The notes beneath the pieces are model-generated. The model was given only the letters and a program-made list of their open reading frames with translations. It had not been told where the DNA came from and searched no databases. DNA of 64,000 nt from Octopus vulgaris. Taxonomy: Eukaryota. Below, in pieces: positions 26,793 through 39,945 of this stretch. Numbering within the stretch: the first letter of the stretch is position 1; every line of letters starts with the position of its first letter. The position numbers were made by a program, and so were the translations under genes. The stretch lies in assembly GCA_951406725.2 (NCBI GenBank), contig OX597814.1, positions 170,376,001 to 170,440,000 of the forward strand. Reading direction: 5' to 3'.

Positions 26793-27106
26793 ACAAATAT
26801 TCTATAATTATAAACATAATTATAATTAGGGGTCAGCTTATTGCTTCACCACATACTGAATTTAGAAATAGGAGTTAAAAATTCCTTTTCTACTACTGTA
26901 AGAATCTCCACGCCAGTAACACACTTTTTTACATAGGCAAAAAGAAAACTAATGAATCAAGATGTGCTAATTCATTCTAAAAGTTGTGGAGACTTTTACA
27001 GTAGTAGAAAAGGAATTATTAACTCCTATTTCTAAATTCGGTATGTGGTGAAGCAATTAGCTGACCCCTAATTATAATTATGTTTATAATTATAGAATAT
27101 TTGTAT
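26791..27106. repeat. Long inverted repeat (121-bp arms, 74-nt spacer)
   Basis: 26791-26911 is the reverse complement of 26986-27106 with about 5-6 mismatches. Confidence 0.9.
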
Positions 27107-27136
27107 AATTTTACCCTTTTATTATTAATATATATA

Positions 27137-27310
27137 GTTGAAATTTACGGAAAAACAAAAGCTGGAGACAGGTGTATGAACAACAAGCAGGTGTATTAGT
27201 TTGACGCTTGGAAAGTGAGGAAGTCTTTTATGTTTCGGGCCTACGCTCTTCAACAGAAAGGAATAAGAGAAAATAAACTGAGAGAGAATAAAAAGAACTT
27301 GTGGATTTTG
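27137..27310 (-). mobile_element. Microsatellite-associated repeat resembling a Penelope pLTR fragment
   Basis: Homologous to 11818-12018. The - strand carries TTGAAGAGCGTAGGCCCGAAACATA (hammerhead-core-like). Both copies are flanked by TA/CT/CA microsatellites. Confidence 0.45.
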
Positions 27311-27354
<44 letters not shown>

Positions 27355-27373
27355 CTCTCTCTCTCTCTTTCTT

Positions 27374-27417
<44 letters not shown>

Positions 27418-27865
27418 CACACACATATAAATAAAACAAATTATAGAGATGGAAAATGGAATATATGAGAAACTTTATTATTCACACTGATTGTTGCGAC
27501 ACATTTTACATTGATCCCTTGCAGATGGAATACTGTACAACTGGTTGTCATGCATCCCTTGGTGCAGACATATCTCTTCAGGTGATATTATAAGGAGTAT
27601 CTCATTAAATAAACTCGGTTTTATTACAGCATGTTGCCACTGACAGTATGTTTAAGCTGTTAGGCAGGAATGGTAAGGGACAGATTCTGTTGCGACTATA
27701 GACAAAGACAGGGAGAAATTAAGAAAAATATGACGGAAAATAAAACATACAATAAAGCAAAATTTTTTGTGTTAGTATTCACATATAGTTACTTCCATAC
27801 CCACACTTGCTGTACACACTCTCCCATATGCAGAGTTTGCATATATATGCATATGCACACGCACA

Positions 27866-27909
<44 letters not shown>

Positions 27910-28433
27910 CATATCAAAGGGAAATGGAATTTAATTAAAATTAAAAACATTCAATTAAAATTTACATTTCCAGTGGTCTAACGCGTAAAACAATTTTAGT
28001 CAAAAAGACTATATATTAGTCATACGATATAGTGTGTATATATATATATATATATGTTTAGCTACAGCAAGGAATTGTCTACTTTATACAGTAAAATGGA
28101 TGTAAAACAGCTGGCTGCTATTAAAACTGATACCTTTTTTTTTTTCATTTTATTGATAAAATAACCACAATTTATCAAATAACCAATTTTGGCAAAAAAA
28201 TATGTATGTATAAATCTTTATTCTGATAGCCCGTCTATTAATAGAAATGTGCCTAGTGATTAATTTATTTTTTCTGGAAATTTCTAAATGAATTTTTAAT
28301 TAGTAGCTTTTTTTTTTTTATCACTTTAAGTCAATAATTTAGCCCCTATTTTGGCTAAATTTATATATACAATTTTGGCTAAATATATATATATACAATT
28401 CTATATTTAATTATTTTTCAGATTCTATAGATA

Positions 28434-28476
28434 ATGGAGAACAGATCAAAACCTACAAATCAGGATGAAACCAAAA
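28434..28476 (+). CDS. EZH2: Putative first coding exon of EZH2 (MENRSKPTNQDETK, ends phase 1); exon starts 28422 or 28431
   Basis: Acceptor TTATTTTTCAG, in-frame TAG 6 nt before the ATG, good context ATAATGG, consensus donor GTAAGT. Phase 1 matches both downstream exons. No homology support. Confidence 0.65.
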
Positions 28477-28762
28477 GTAAGTCATCAAACTTGACAAAAA
28501 ATCTTGTTTCTCTTTTTGCTCCTTTTTTTTATTGTCTGTTGTTGTATTCTCTCTGTCTTTTTTTTTTGGCTTTTTTATTTTTGTATTTTATTTTGCAAAA
28601 CTAACACATTACAATTTGTAATCAAAATGAAGAAATGGAAAAAAAAAGTAAATGAAAATTAATTTCTGAGAAAGAAAAATACCATTGACAATTAAACAGC
28701 ATGATATAAAGATTATTCTCATTCTGTCTGGTTTATAACATAAATCCTGGTTACTATAAACA

Positions 28763-29110
28763 ACTCTTTACTCTTTTACTTGTTTCAGTTATTTGACTGT
28801 GGCCATGCTGGAGCACCGCCTTTAGTCGAGCAAATTGACCCCAGGACTTATTCTTTGTAAGCCTAGTACTTATTCTATCGGTCTCTTTTGCCGAACCGCT
28901 AAGTTACGGTGACGTAGACACACATACATATATATACACATATATACGACGGGCTTCTTTCAGTTTCCATCTACCAAATCCACTCACAAGGCTTTAAGTT
29001 GGCCTGAGGCTATAATAGTAGAAAACACTTTCCCAAGGTGCCACGCAGTGGGACTGAACCCGGAACAATGTGGTTGGTAAACAAGCGACTTACCACACAG
29101 CCACTCCTAC
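28763..29110 (-). mobile_element. SINE family 1 (young copy)
   Basis: Colinear with 2185-2590. Confidence 0.85.
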
Positions 29111-29779
29111 TCCTAATTCATTTGGTAGTTCTTTAAAACAAAGAGAAAAATTCTTGCAGGTAGATGTGAAGTGGCTCTCTATATTGTCATTATTGTGTGT
29201 GCGTGTAACAATCATAAAGCAGCTGGTTATTATTTTCTTTAATATGACACTGGACTTTAGTCTTGATTGTAATTAAGGTGCATATGCTTTTGAAATCTTT
29301 TACTGCTTTAGTCATTAGACTGCTGCAGGCTTGGGCACCGCCTTACAGGATGTTTGTCAGTTACATCAACTCTTGTACTTATATTAGTGAAAGTGTGTGG
29401 CCTTGTTGTTAGGATGCTGTACTCACAATCTCAAGATTGTGCATTAGGTTCCTGGTGCCCATGAAACTACATGGACCCTAAGTAAGGCATGTGCAAAATT
29501 TGAATGAAATTAGTCGTGTAGTTCTCAAGATTTAGGGAAACACAACTCACAATCTCAAGATTGTGCGTTAGGTTCCTGGATAAGATGGCGCATTATGTTC
29601 TTGTGCAAAACACTTCATTTCATGTTTCTCCAAGGTTTCCGATTCAAAGGGAATGTTGTGTTCTCAGTCAATATATGTTATGGAAACCAGGTAACCTGCC
29701 TTATGAGTCCCAGGACTCTATAACAGTAATGTCCATTGGGTTGATGATGATGAGAACTTAGAATCATCATTATCATCAT

Positions 29780-30008
29780 TTAACCCTTTCGTTACTGTAT
29801 TTATTTTGAAATGCTCTGTGTTTCTTTCAATTATTTTAAATATAACAAAGAATTTAGTAAATTAACTTCGTTATCATTAAGCTAGTGTTAGGAACATAAA
29901 TTTTGACTAAGATTTGGTGAAAGATTTGGAATCAAAACTTATGAAAACAAGACATTTATACTAAAGAGCCAGAGCCAGTTTCAGTCGGGTTGGTAACGAA
30001 AGGGTTAA
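29780..30008. mobile_element. MITE family A nested in the tail of a family 3-like element
   Basis: TTAACCCTTTCGTTAC...GTAACGAAAGGGTTAA splits CATCAT|TTAA|TGTCCATTTTCCATGC. Confidence 0.85.
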
Positions 30009-33000
30009 TGTCCATTTTCCATGCTGGCATAAGTTAGACAGTTTGACTGGAACTGGTAAGCCAGGGAGCTGCACAGGCTCCAGTCTGTTTTGGCTTGGTT
30101 TCTACAGCTGGGTACCCTTCCTAATGCCAACCACTCCATAGAATGTACTGAGTGTCATTTACATATCACCAACACGGTGCCTTTTGCATGTCACTGGCAC
30201 AGGCCTTTTGTGTGTCTCCTGCATAGGTATCTTTGTGTGTCACCAGCATGGGTTAGGGTTAGGGTCTTCACCTATCCCTGGCATTGGCTACAACTCTGAT
30301 TTCACTTGGTTTAACTCGTCTTCTCAAGCACTGCAAATCACAAATATTTTATCAATCTGTATTTATCGAGTGGAGACTTGCAATGCAAGACTTTTTTTTT
30401 TTTTTCTGTCCTTCAGTACTGCTTTCTCTCTCTCCACTCACGCCCCCAGTTGAAGGAGTCTTGTCTTGCAAGTTACTTAGTGACCTCACTGCTGCTAGTA
30501 TCATATCAAAAGCACCCAATACACTAGAATGGGCATTCAGCTGTAGAAACCGTGCCATAAGTAGACAGCATGGATTGGTGCAGTCTTCTAATTTACCATT
30601 TGCAGTGAAATTGGTCAACCCATGCCATCATGGTAAACAGTTGTTATATGATGATGATCATGATGCTATTTATTGAGTGGCTACGTTACCTTTTGATATA
30701 GCATCAGTTTTGTTTAAAAACAAAAAACAAAAATGTAAAGAAAATGGTAGTATTGTGTGAAACATGAAAAACAAGAACAAATGACCATTTTCAAAGTTGG
30801 TGTAGATTTGTAACAAAATATCTGACATCTCAGTTATAGTTTAATTCTACTGAGTGTTTTCAACTACATATTTCATTGTTTATCTACTGTCCTTCAAATA
30901 CTGCTTTATTTCTTTTTACATCGTTATTGTTTACACTGTTGTCATTGTCATCATCAGTAGAATTGCTTCGAGGTGTGAAAATAATTGACTTGAACTAAAG
31001 TTCTTATTGAACAAACGAACAGCTGTAGATATTCCAGCTGTGACTAGCCTGTCTTTCTGAAAATCCAGAACTACATTGTCCAACAAATTTTTTTTCTTTT
31101 TTAAAAATAGTAGGGTGCAGTCTGGGAGAGATTCAGCTGCTGTTTCTTATTTCTTTATTGCCCACAAGGGGATTAAGTCAAGTACATCGGTCCTAGTGCA
31201 TAACTGGTACTTAATTTATCGACCCCGAAAGGATGAAAGGCAAAGTTGACCTTGGCAGAATTTGCACTCAGAACGTAACAGCAGACGAAATAGCACTAAG
31301 CATTTCGCCCAGCATGCTAACGTTTCTGCCAGCTCGCCACCTTTTTCAGCTGCTGTTTCTGGCAGGTCAAGCAACTGTATTGATAGTTTCTTGTTGATTC
31401 GCTTTAATGTCTTTTTTCACAAATGCATCCATTTGTTTCAATATCATTGAAAAAAGGGTATTTTGACTAATCCCCCTTAGATTTTATTCAAGAAAATTTT
31501 TCTGCACCTCCATTCCTAATTCATCTGCCCCTGTTCACTTCTGCTCATTTCTTTGTGGCTCCTACTGATTATGCTTACCCTCTTTTCTAAACGGTAGTAA
31601 CCATGTAGCTCCTCTGCAACAAGAACATGCTCTTCCCCCTCGTCTTGTGGTTCATAGTCTTACAAGCTTTGTGGCGACCTCACTTTTGCCAGTGGCACAT
31701 AAAAGCACTCTGTATATACTGTAAAGTGGTTTGTGTTAGATGAGATACGGTATAGTCTTTGAATCTATCAGATCCTGTCAAAATGTCTAACCTTATTAGT
31801 GCTTGTTGACATAGGGACAAACTTCATAGAGGTTTTAAATTTTAACCCTTTAGTATTTAAACCAGCCATACAAGGCCCAAATATTCTATCTGTTTTATAT
31901 TCAAACTGGCTAGATCTACACCTTCCCTACAATGTCATTCCGAAAATAAGCAATCACTACATTGAAATTTCAAAGCTATGAAATAATGCAAAATTAATTC
32001 AAAACAATGTGAATAAATAAGCATTACATACAACAGAGTAATCTGAACATTAAGTGGTTAAAAGTTGATTCCTTAGTGTTAATTGTTCTGAAAGTGAATT
32101 CTTCCAGCTAGTTGTTCTGGAAGTGAATTCCTGGAATATTTTTGTGAGCACCAATATTTGGAAAGTCTTTCATTCTTAATCATGCAATAATGCAGTTTCT
32201 GCATTAGCGTAATAGAGTTATTGCGATTGAATTATTTAAAGTAAAATCTGACGGCATTGCCATTAGTTGGTGCTAAAGGGCTTTGTGTGATCTAATTCTT
32301 TTGCCATTAGATGATATTAAAGAAAACCTGATTCTTTTGATATTTGAGATTAATGTTTCAAAATTGTAATTGTATTTTAGAATTCTTTTTATGAATACTT
32401 TTGAAGGGTATCTTCCTCTCCAATAAAGCACCAAACTGCATTCCCGTGCTTATTGATTTTTTTTTGGATTTTTTAACCTGATTTCAAACGCTGTTAGAGA
32501 AACAAGCATGGGGGTAAAATATCTGTGAAAGGATTTGAATGGTTAGGTGGTCTTTAGATTAAAAGGCTGCATGTAATAGATGGTGTGGAACTTCGGAAGA
32601 AAATAATTGTTTGATTACAAATTAAAAAGAGAAGGCTGCATCTTCTACTTTTGGTCAAAGATAAATTATGACTTTCAAAATTAGCAACAGAATAGGTTCT
32701 CATTGTAAAAGCAAAAGAGAGGAGAGAGGACAAAGTACGACAATAAAAGAGAAATGTGAAGACTTATTAGGGAAGAACACTTTTTCATCTGATGAATAGA
32801 TACTTTTCTTCTGATGAGTGCCAGTGATTGAAGAGACACTTAAGACACTTTTCCGAATGAGTGTCCCTTTTATAATGAAAATAAAGTCCAAACCATCATT
32901 AATATAAATGATTAGTAATACAACTTAGTGTATTTGATGATATAAAGACACACAAGCATGTTAGATGCACCTCAGTATCAACGGTGCATATTCGTGAGAA

Positions 33001-33269
33001 AACATGTCTAGTGCATTAATGTATGTAATATTTAAAGTGATCTAGCAGTACATTACAAAACAATACAAAAGCATTTACTGTATATAAAAAGTAAGTTAGC
33101 AGTGCTGCTAAACATAAAGCAAGGCATCACGACAATTGAAAATAGTCTGCATGATTACTGTGATAAAACCTGCAAGAAAAATCAAAGCAGAATAATACAT
33201 TTTATAAAAAGCATGCATAAGTAAATGTTATTATTATGGAGTCAGGTTTGGTAGAGGAGACTGTCTGGA

Positions 33270-33722
33270 TTAACTCTTTTGATGTCAATCTGCCTAAAAC
33301 TAATCCTGGTTCCATGATACAAATTCCTATTTTAACCCTTTAGTGTTTAAACCGGCCATATCCGGCCCAAATATTCTATATGTTTTATATCCAAACAGGC
33401 AATATCTAGCCTTTCACACCTACCCGACAATGCCATTCTAAATATAAACAATCACATCATTGAAACCTCAAAGCTATGAGATAATGCTTGATTAATTCAA
33501 AACAATTTGAGTGAAAAAGTATTACCTTTAACAGAGTAATCTGAACACTAAAGGGTTAAACTGATCTAAATTGAAGCTTTCCATCAAAATTTCATGTTAA
33601 TTTATGTTCCAAACACCAGCTTAATAACGACAAAGTTATTTTATTAATTTCTTCATTATTTTCTAAATTAGTTGAAATGAAAGCAGTGAATTTCCACAGA
33701 AATTTAGTAATAAAAGGGTTTA
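33270..33722. mobile_element. Old MITE A-like element with a MITE B (33332-33559) nested at an internal TTAA
   Basis: Outer TTAACTCTTTTG...TAAAAGGGTT; inner TTAACCCTTTAGTG...CACTAAAGGGTTAA. Confidence 0.7.
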
Positions 33723-36700
33723 AATTAACTTATAGTAGTGAACATCAGTGACAAAATTAGCTTATGAGTAGCCCAACTTCTCATATTGGCCCCAGGGTAA
33801 TATTTTTAAGCATGTAGGGGTGGGGATGTGTCTTGTATACCATCAAATATATATGTTTTTAGTAATTTATTCAAAGGCATGTGGTTTAGTGGTTTAGGTA
33901 TTGGGCTCGTGATCATAAGATCATGGGTTCAATTCAGGGACAGAGCAGCCTGTAGTGTCCTTAAACAAGACACTTTCACATTTCTTTAGTCCAGTCAGAT
34001 TAAAATGAATACCAGAGACAGTCACCCCTGTTGCAGACAGACATTTTTTTCTTTTCAGTAGGGGTCTTCTCTCAGTCAATCGGAAACTAGGGTAAACTCT
34101 GGTGGAAACCATTATTATGATTATGTTGTTACATCACAAAAGGGCAAGGTTGCAGTTATTTTTTTTTAGCTTGGAATCACCTAATATCCCATGTTTTTGG
34201 AGTATGTTTAGTTGCTTCTTATGAGGTGAGATTCAGGAAATGTTGTTTATGCTCACATGCGTTATTGTGGTTTAACCCAAAATTTGTTATTGAGTAGACC
34301 TATGATCAAAAACATTCTAGTAAGGGCATCTCTGTTTCTTTCCTCCTCCACCCTCAATATATTCTACTTTGATTGACATTTTCCAGCATGCAGAGGGTAT
34401 GATTTGAAGGAGATTTGGTTGTTATTTCTACCTGCTTGAGTGACCACATAAAGGCTCCTTGTTGGCTCATACAGAGCTGTGCAACATTTTAAAGTAAACA
34501 AGCAGGTCACATGAACACATCATGATAAGTCTAAAAGCATATAGTGAAGCATCTACATCTCAATTGACTAATGATCTAATCTCTGTTCATGATACTGATT
34601 CTATGACTGTGATATACACAAATCCATCTATTCATCTATTCATAATCCATAGACCTAAAGAGGCTGCTGCAGGTACATAGCAAAGTGCATTTCAGTAGGA
34701 AGGCAATCTAATGGCACCTGCTTTCTTTCCAAATATTGTTGGCTGTTAGTTTCACTGTAAGACGTTCTGCATTTTGACAAGTATTATTTTTAATCCTGCT
34801 GGGTACGTACTCACCTTCTTCACCTTGAAGGTGGAAGTGGTGTTGGAAAAGGCTTGAATGTTAGTCATTTCCCTGCTCACTTCTCTTGTAAAATTCTTCA
34901 TCACCATTCACCCCAATATATTTATTTATTCTCTAGAATATTATAAAGTTATCATATAATGCTGTAATGTACATTGAACTGAATATAGTATATTAGAAGC
35001 GAAGAATCTTGCATTGGTGACAAGTTATTATCATTTCCTCCAAATTAATTATTGTTAATGTTTGACCTGCAACATTATTTTTGTTGCACTTGGATAATCG
35101 TTGATGTAAGCAGTAAACTAATATCCTGAAAAATTCCATAAATTGTCAGCTATTTTCTCAATGGTTTATAGCCTTAATTTGAGGAAATAAACCTGTCCAT
35201 ATTTAATTAACTGGTCATGAAGAGAGAGTGTTATAGATAGGTGTCTTATATAACATCTGACTGACAACAAACTACTACATATTTTGTATAGATAGTTTAT
35301 TATTTTATTAATAGCCCTACCACATCACTGAAATTTGTTCTTCAAATTTGCTTCTACCACATTGCTGGCATATATGTTTCCTGTTAGGATATGAAAATGT
35401 TATTGCAAATGAAAAGTACCAGCTGCCTCAAACATCTAAAGCATAGATGTATATGAGGACAATACAATAGGTATGGATTTGGCTATACGGTAAACAAGTT
35501 TGCTTCCCAGCCACGTGGTTTTGGGTTCAGTCCCACTGTGTGGAACCTTGGGCAGGTGTTTTCTGCTATAGACCGAGCCAACCAAAGCCTTGTGAATGGA
35601 TTTGGTAAACAGAATCTGAAAGAAGCCCTATGTGTGTCTGTCTGTCTCATTGTCTTGACATTGTGTGATTGTTGTAAATGAGTACCATTCATTTCCAATA
35701 TTCTGTGGTAATGTCTGGGTTACCCAACAGGTAAGGGTTGGCAACAGGAAGGGAATCCAACTGTAGAAAATCTGCCTCAATATATTCTGTCTGACCTATG
35801 CAAGCATGGAAGAGTGGATATTACAATGATGAGGTCTGTCAAAAAGGAAGCCAGATTTTTTTAAAAAGCAATTACCATCTATTTCAACTCCATTCCCACT
35901 TAGGCAAGTGTCTTCTATGTATGTGTGTGGTGTGTGAGAGTTTGAAGGTTTCTTGTCTCTTAACATTGTACTCTAACTGTAAACAAACTTCTCCATTATA
36001 CCAATGGTGCTGGTTACTTGCAATCTTCTTTGGAAGAACGTCCAGGCATTGTGCTGTGCATGTTCAAAGGATTAGAGAAAATTTCCTTGTTTGGAAACTG
36101 TTGGTGATTGACAACAGGAAGAACATCCATTCAGAGAAAATTCTGTTTCAATGAATTTCATTTTGGCCCACACAAGCATAGAAAAGTGAATGTTAGAGTA
36201 ATGGCAATGATGTCTCCTTCAAAATTGTTCCCTCCACTACTGATGTACTGCTCCTCACCTTTTCTTTTCTTTGCGGTATTGGAATGCATTTTCAAAAGTA
36301 GTATGCAGTTCTCAGAAAATTTTCTAACTTTTCTTCTATTGTATGAAACCAGCAATCGTCAGAGTATCAAAAATCTGCAGAAGCCCAATCTTAAGAGTAG
36401 GCTTAGGCTCCTGAGGGTTGGGGAAGAGCCATCCCATGCTTTGCCAAAAAGTCATAGATAAGATGTGCTGTCTAAGCAGTCAGCATCCAGATTTTGTTTG
36501 TCCAAGTCTCAAGTCTCTTCTTTCATACTGCTTCTCTCAAACACCAACCTGATTGGAAACACTCACTCCTGACATTGCATTTGGCTTCATACATTATTTG
36601 AAAAGTCTCTGTAGAAGTTTTACCCTCTGAAACACTATTTCATCCAAACACATTACTCCATTGTCCTACTTGTATCAAGTTACCAACTGCACAAACATTC

Positions 36701-38368
36701 CATGTTGCAGATTAATGACTGATATACCATGATGGGGCTATTATTAGACTGAAGGGCAAGCTCACCTGTATACAGTACTGCAGTCATGAGTACACTCCAC
36801 TGGCTGGTTGGCATGCAGTTTTAAAAGTTTGGTGTCTTTTTGGACGGACTGTGTGTGTGTGTGTGTGTGCGCGCGCGCGCATACAACAAAACCTCCTGAA
36901 ACTAGAAACCCTTTAAGTATTACCCCAAAGAAGGACAATTATTCTATTAAAGTATGGCGTAATGGAAACAACAAAACCATCATAATCCAAGAAATCAAGA
37001 ACCCTTTCACAAGTTCAACCCTATGAGAATGCAGGACGACTTAGAATTGTAAGACCATACAAATGATAGTAGTAGTTGTCTCCTCCTCCTAAATACCTCC
37101 TTCTGTACAGATATGAAAATTGTTATTTTTGTTATTCATTGGCAGAATCAGTAAAGTGTCAGATAAACTACCTTGTAGTATTTAGCTACATCCTTCGATG
37201 TTCTGAATTTGAATACTGATCACAATCAACTTTTGTCTTTTATCCTTCTGGGTCATTATTTTATTGAGTATCAGAGTTAGTGTATTAACTACACCCTCCT
37301 TTGAGAATTGTCTGGCCCTGTGCCTAAGTTAGAAATTGTTATTGTTGTTGTCATCATCATCATCATTAATTGTTCATTATCTCGGCTGTTATTGTTGCAA
37401 GGAATTTATTGTGAATAATAGTGAATTAGGCAAGATTAATTCAGGGATGTCTAGTTAGGTACCACAATTCAATTTGCACTGGGGGATCAAATTAGCCTTG
37501 ATTCAATTGATTATATCCAAATTTTCCTTTGTCATGTTCAATCAAAACAAATAATTACAATTATTAATCTGTTTCAAGAGAGCAGGATAGCAGACACAGT
37601 TATAGTGCATGACAAAATTCTTATGCAATATTCAGTTATGACTCCCACATTTTGTATTCCGATCGCATTGGAGTTGATTTTGTATATTTTAACCCCCATC
37701 ATCAATAAACTATCTTGTAATATACATGGAGTAAAATTTCTTGTGTTGGAAATGCTTAGTTTTTTTAACTTTCAGACTTGATAAAACAATTGGCGATAAT
37801 AAATTATGAATTAATTTCTGTATCACTTTGTGTAATTTATAGCTTTGCATCATTGTTAGGAAGGGCATCCAGCCGTAGAAACACTGCCAGATCTGACTGG
37901 GCCTGACGAAGCCTTCCAGCTTCACAGACCCCAGTTGAACCGTCCAACCCATGCTAGCATGGAAAGCGGACGCTAAATGATGATGATGATGATTGTTAGA
38001 ACTCACCCTCATCATCATTTTAATGCCCACTTTTCCATGCTGACATGGTTCAAACAGAACTTGTAGCAGCTTTTCTATAGCTGGATACCCTTCCTATTTC
38101 CAGCCCCCACTTGCTTCCAAGTAAGGTAATATTTTCCCATGACCAGGCATATTTTTCATGGAAAATAAGAAATGGACACCATTTGCATGAAGGTGTCATT
38201 CTTTTACAACTATAACACAATGTCAAGGCCAAGAGATAGTAACACACACATGCATATACAATGGGCTTCTTTCAGTTTCCGTCTACCTAATCCACTCACA
38301 GTTTTGGTCAGCTTTGGGGCTATAGTAGAAGACAGTTGCCCAAGGTGCCACACAGCCATACCTGCTAC

Positions 38369-38580
38369 TTAACCCTTTCATTACCAAACCAGCTCTGGCT
38401 CTGAGTACAAATGTCTTGTTTTCATAAGTTTTGAATTAAAATCTTCCACCAAACCCTAGTCACAATCTATGTTCCTAACACTAGCTGAACAATAAGTTAT
38501 TTTATTAAATTCTTTGTTATATTCAAAGTAATTCAAAGAAACACAGCATCTCAAAATAAATACAGTAACGAAAGGGTTAA
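38369..38580. mobile_element. MITE family A
   Basis: TIRs and TTAA TSD; colinear with 3136-3364. Confidence 0.85.
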
Positions 38581-39486
38581 TATTGAGAGTAAAATAGTAG
38601 AAACAATTGAGTGATTTGTCAAAATTCTTTTGCACTATTTATTTACATTCTCAATTGAAATCATCTATTGGTTGATTTTTCCTATTACACCTTCTCTGTC
38701 AATAAAATAAAATACCAGCAATAAACTGGTACTCAATTTAATATTCCCCAACACTTGTAACTGTGTATGTCAATGTTGGAAATTATTGTTAATCAACTTC
38801 AAAAACACACACATATTGATGTCAGATTACTGCTGCTGGATTAACTGTGAATCAACTGGTTGTATAATGCTGTCTAGTTCTTTTATGAAAGGTTTTCTTG
38901 GCATTAATAGTTTTCTTTTGCACGATATAATTCATTTAATTCTTTGCTCCCATTTTCTCTCTTTCATTCACACTCATAATTAAATTAAAATAAATATTTC
39001 AATCAAAAGATGATAAAATAGCTGAGTCAGGACCAATTCCAACATTTTAAAGATTCACTAATATTTTCTTGTCTCTGCGTATTTGTATAGAAGCCAAAAT
39101 TCGTGTTCTGTATGCCTCTGGTTATTTAAGAAACAGGAAATTTATCAATAGTTTTAGCAAGCTCGTATTAACTAACTATTATTATACATTTGTCAAGAAT
39201 TGTATGGCAGCAGAAACAGTAAACTGCCAGACATGAAATGCTTTACAATATTTAAGCATGTCTTTTTCTCTTTTCCTTCCACAGATAATTATTCTCATTC
39301 CCCACTGTCAATGGACCACTGTCCAAAACGTCAAACACACACTTAATTTGTTCTTTACAGTATAAAATATTGTGTACTGTTGACTCGTGTTGTGTCCACT
39401 GTTTTTTCACTGGTTTATTCAGCACACTGATACAGACACTTGGTTTATCAGATTACACTGGATCTAGTATTAATATTTATGTTCTA

Positions 39487-39705
39487 GAGGTGGTGAGCTG
39501 GCAGACTCATTAGCATGCTGGGCAGAATGCTTAGCAGCATTTCATCCATCCTTAATATTCTGAGTTCAAGTTCCTCTGGGGTCCATTTTGTCTTTCATCC
39601 TTTCGGGGTCAATAAAATAAATACCAGTTGAGTAATGAAGTCGATGTAATCGTTTTAGCCCTTCCCCCTAAATTGCTGGCCCTGTGCCAAAATTTGGAAC
39701 CAGTA
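39487..39705 (+). mobile_element. SINE family 2
   Basis: AGGTGGTGAGCTGGCAGA head, GAGTTCAAGTTCC B-box, CATCCTTTCGGGGTCAATAAA core. Confidence 0.8.
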
Positions 39706-39945
39706 TTTCATTCATGTTCTGTTATGCTCTTAGTTCAAATCATAATGGAGGCTAACATCCTTTTGAGATAGATTTAGAAATTTCTAGTCAAATACCACGC
39801 TTCATTAAAATGACTACATGGCCTCCTCCAGAAAAACTGTCCTTGTGGTGCCAAAATTAGAAACAATTAACAGAGTTAGCAGAAATGCTAAAGCAGATGA
39901 CTAAATCCATCAAAATAATTTTATTTCATTTTTCTACATTATATA

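Noticed and set aside
32788-32850. Two CTGATGA motifs as possible hammerhead cores
   Set aside because: No correctly placed GAAA and stem III/UH follow the potential stem II.
36200-36800. Possible LINE endonuclease remnant (ATWNV on the - strand near 36700)
   Set aside because: Only one short motif is readable and the rest is too degenerate to call.
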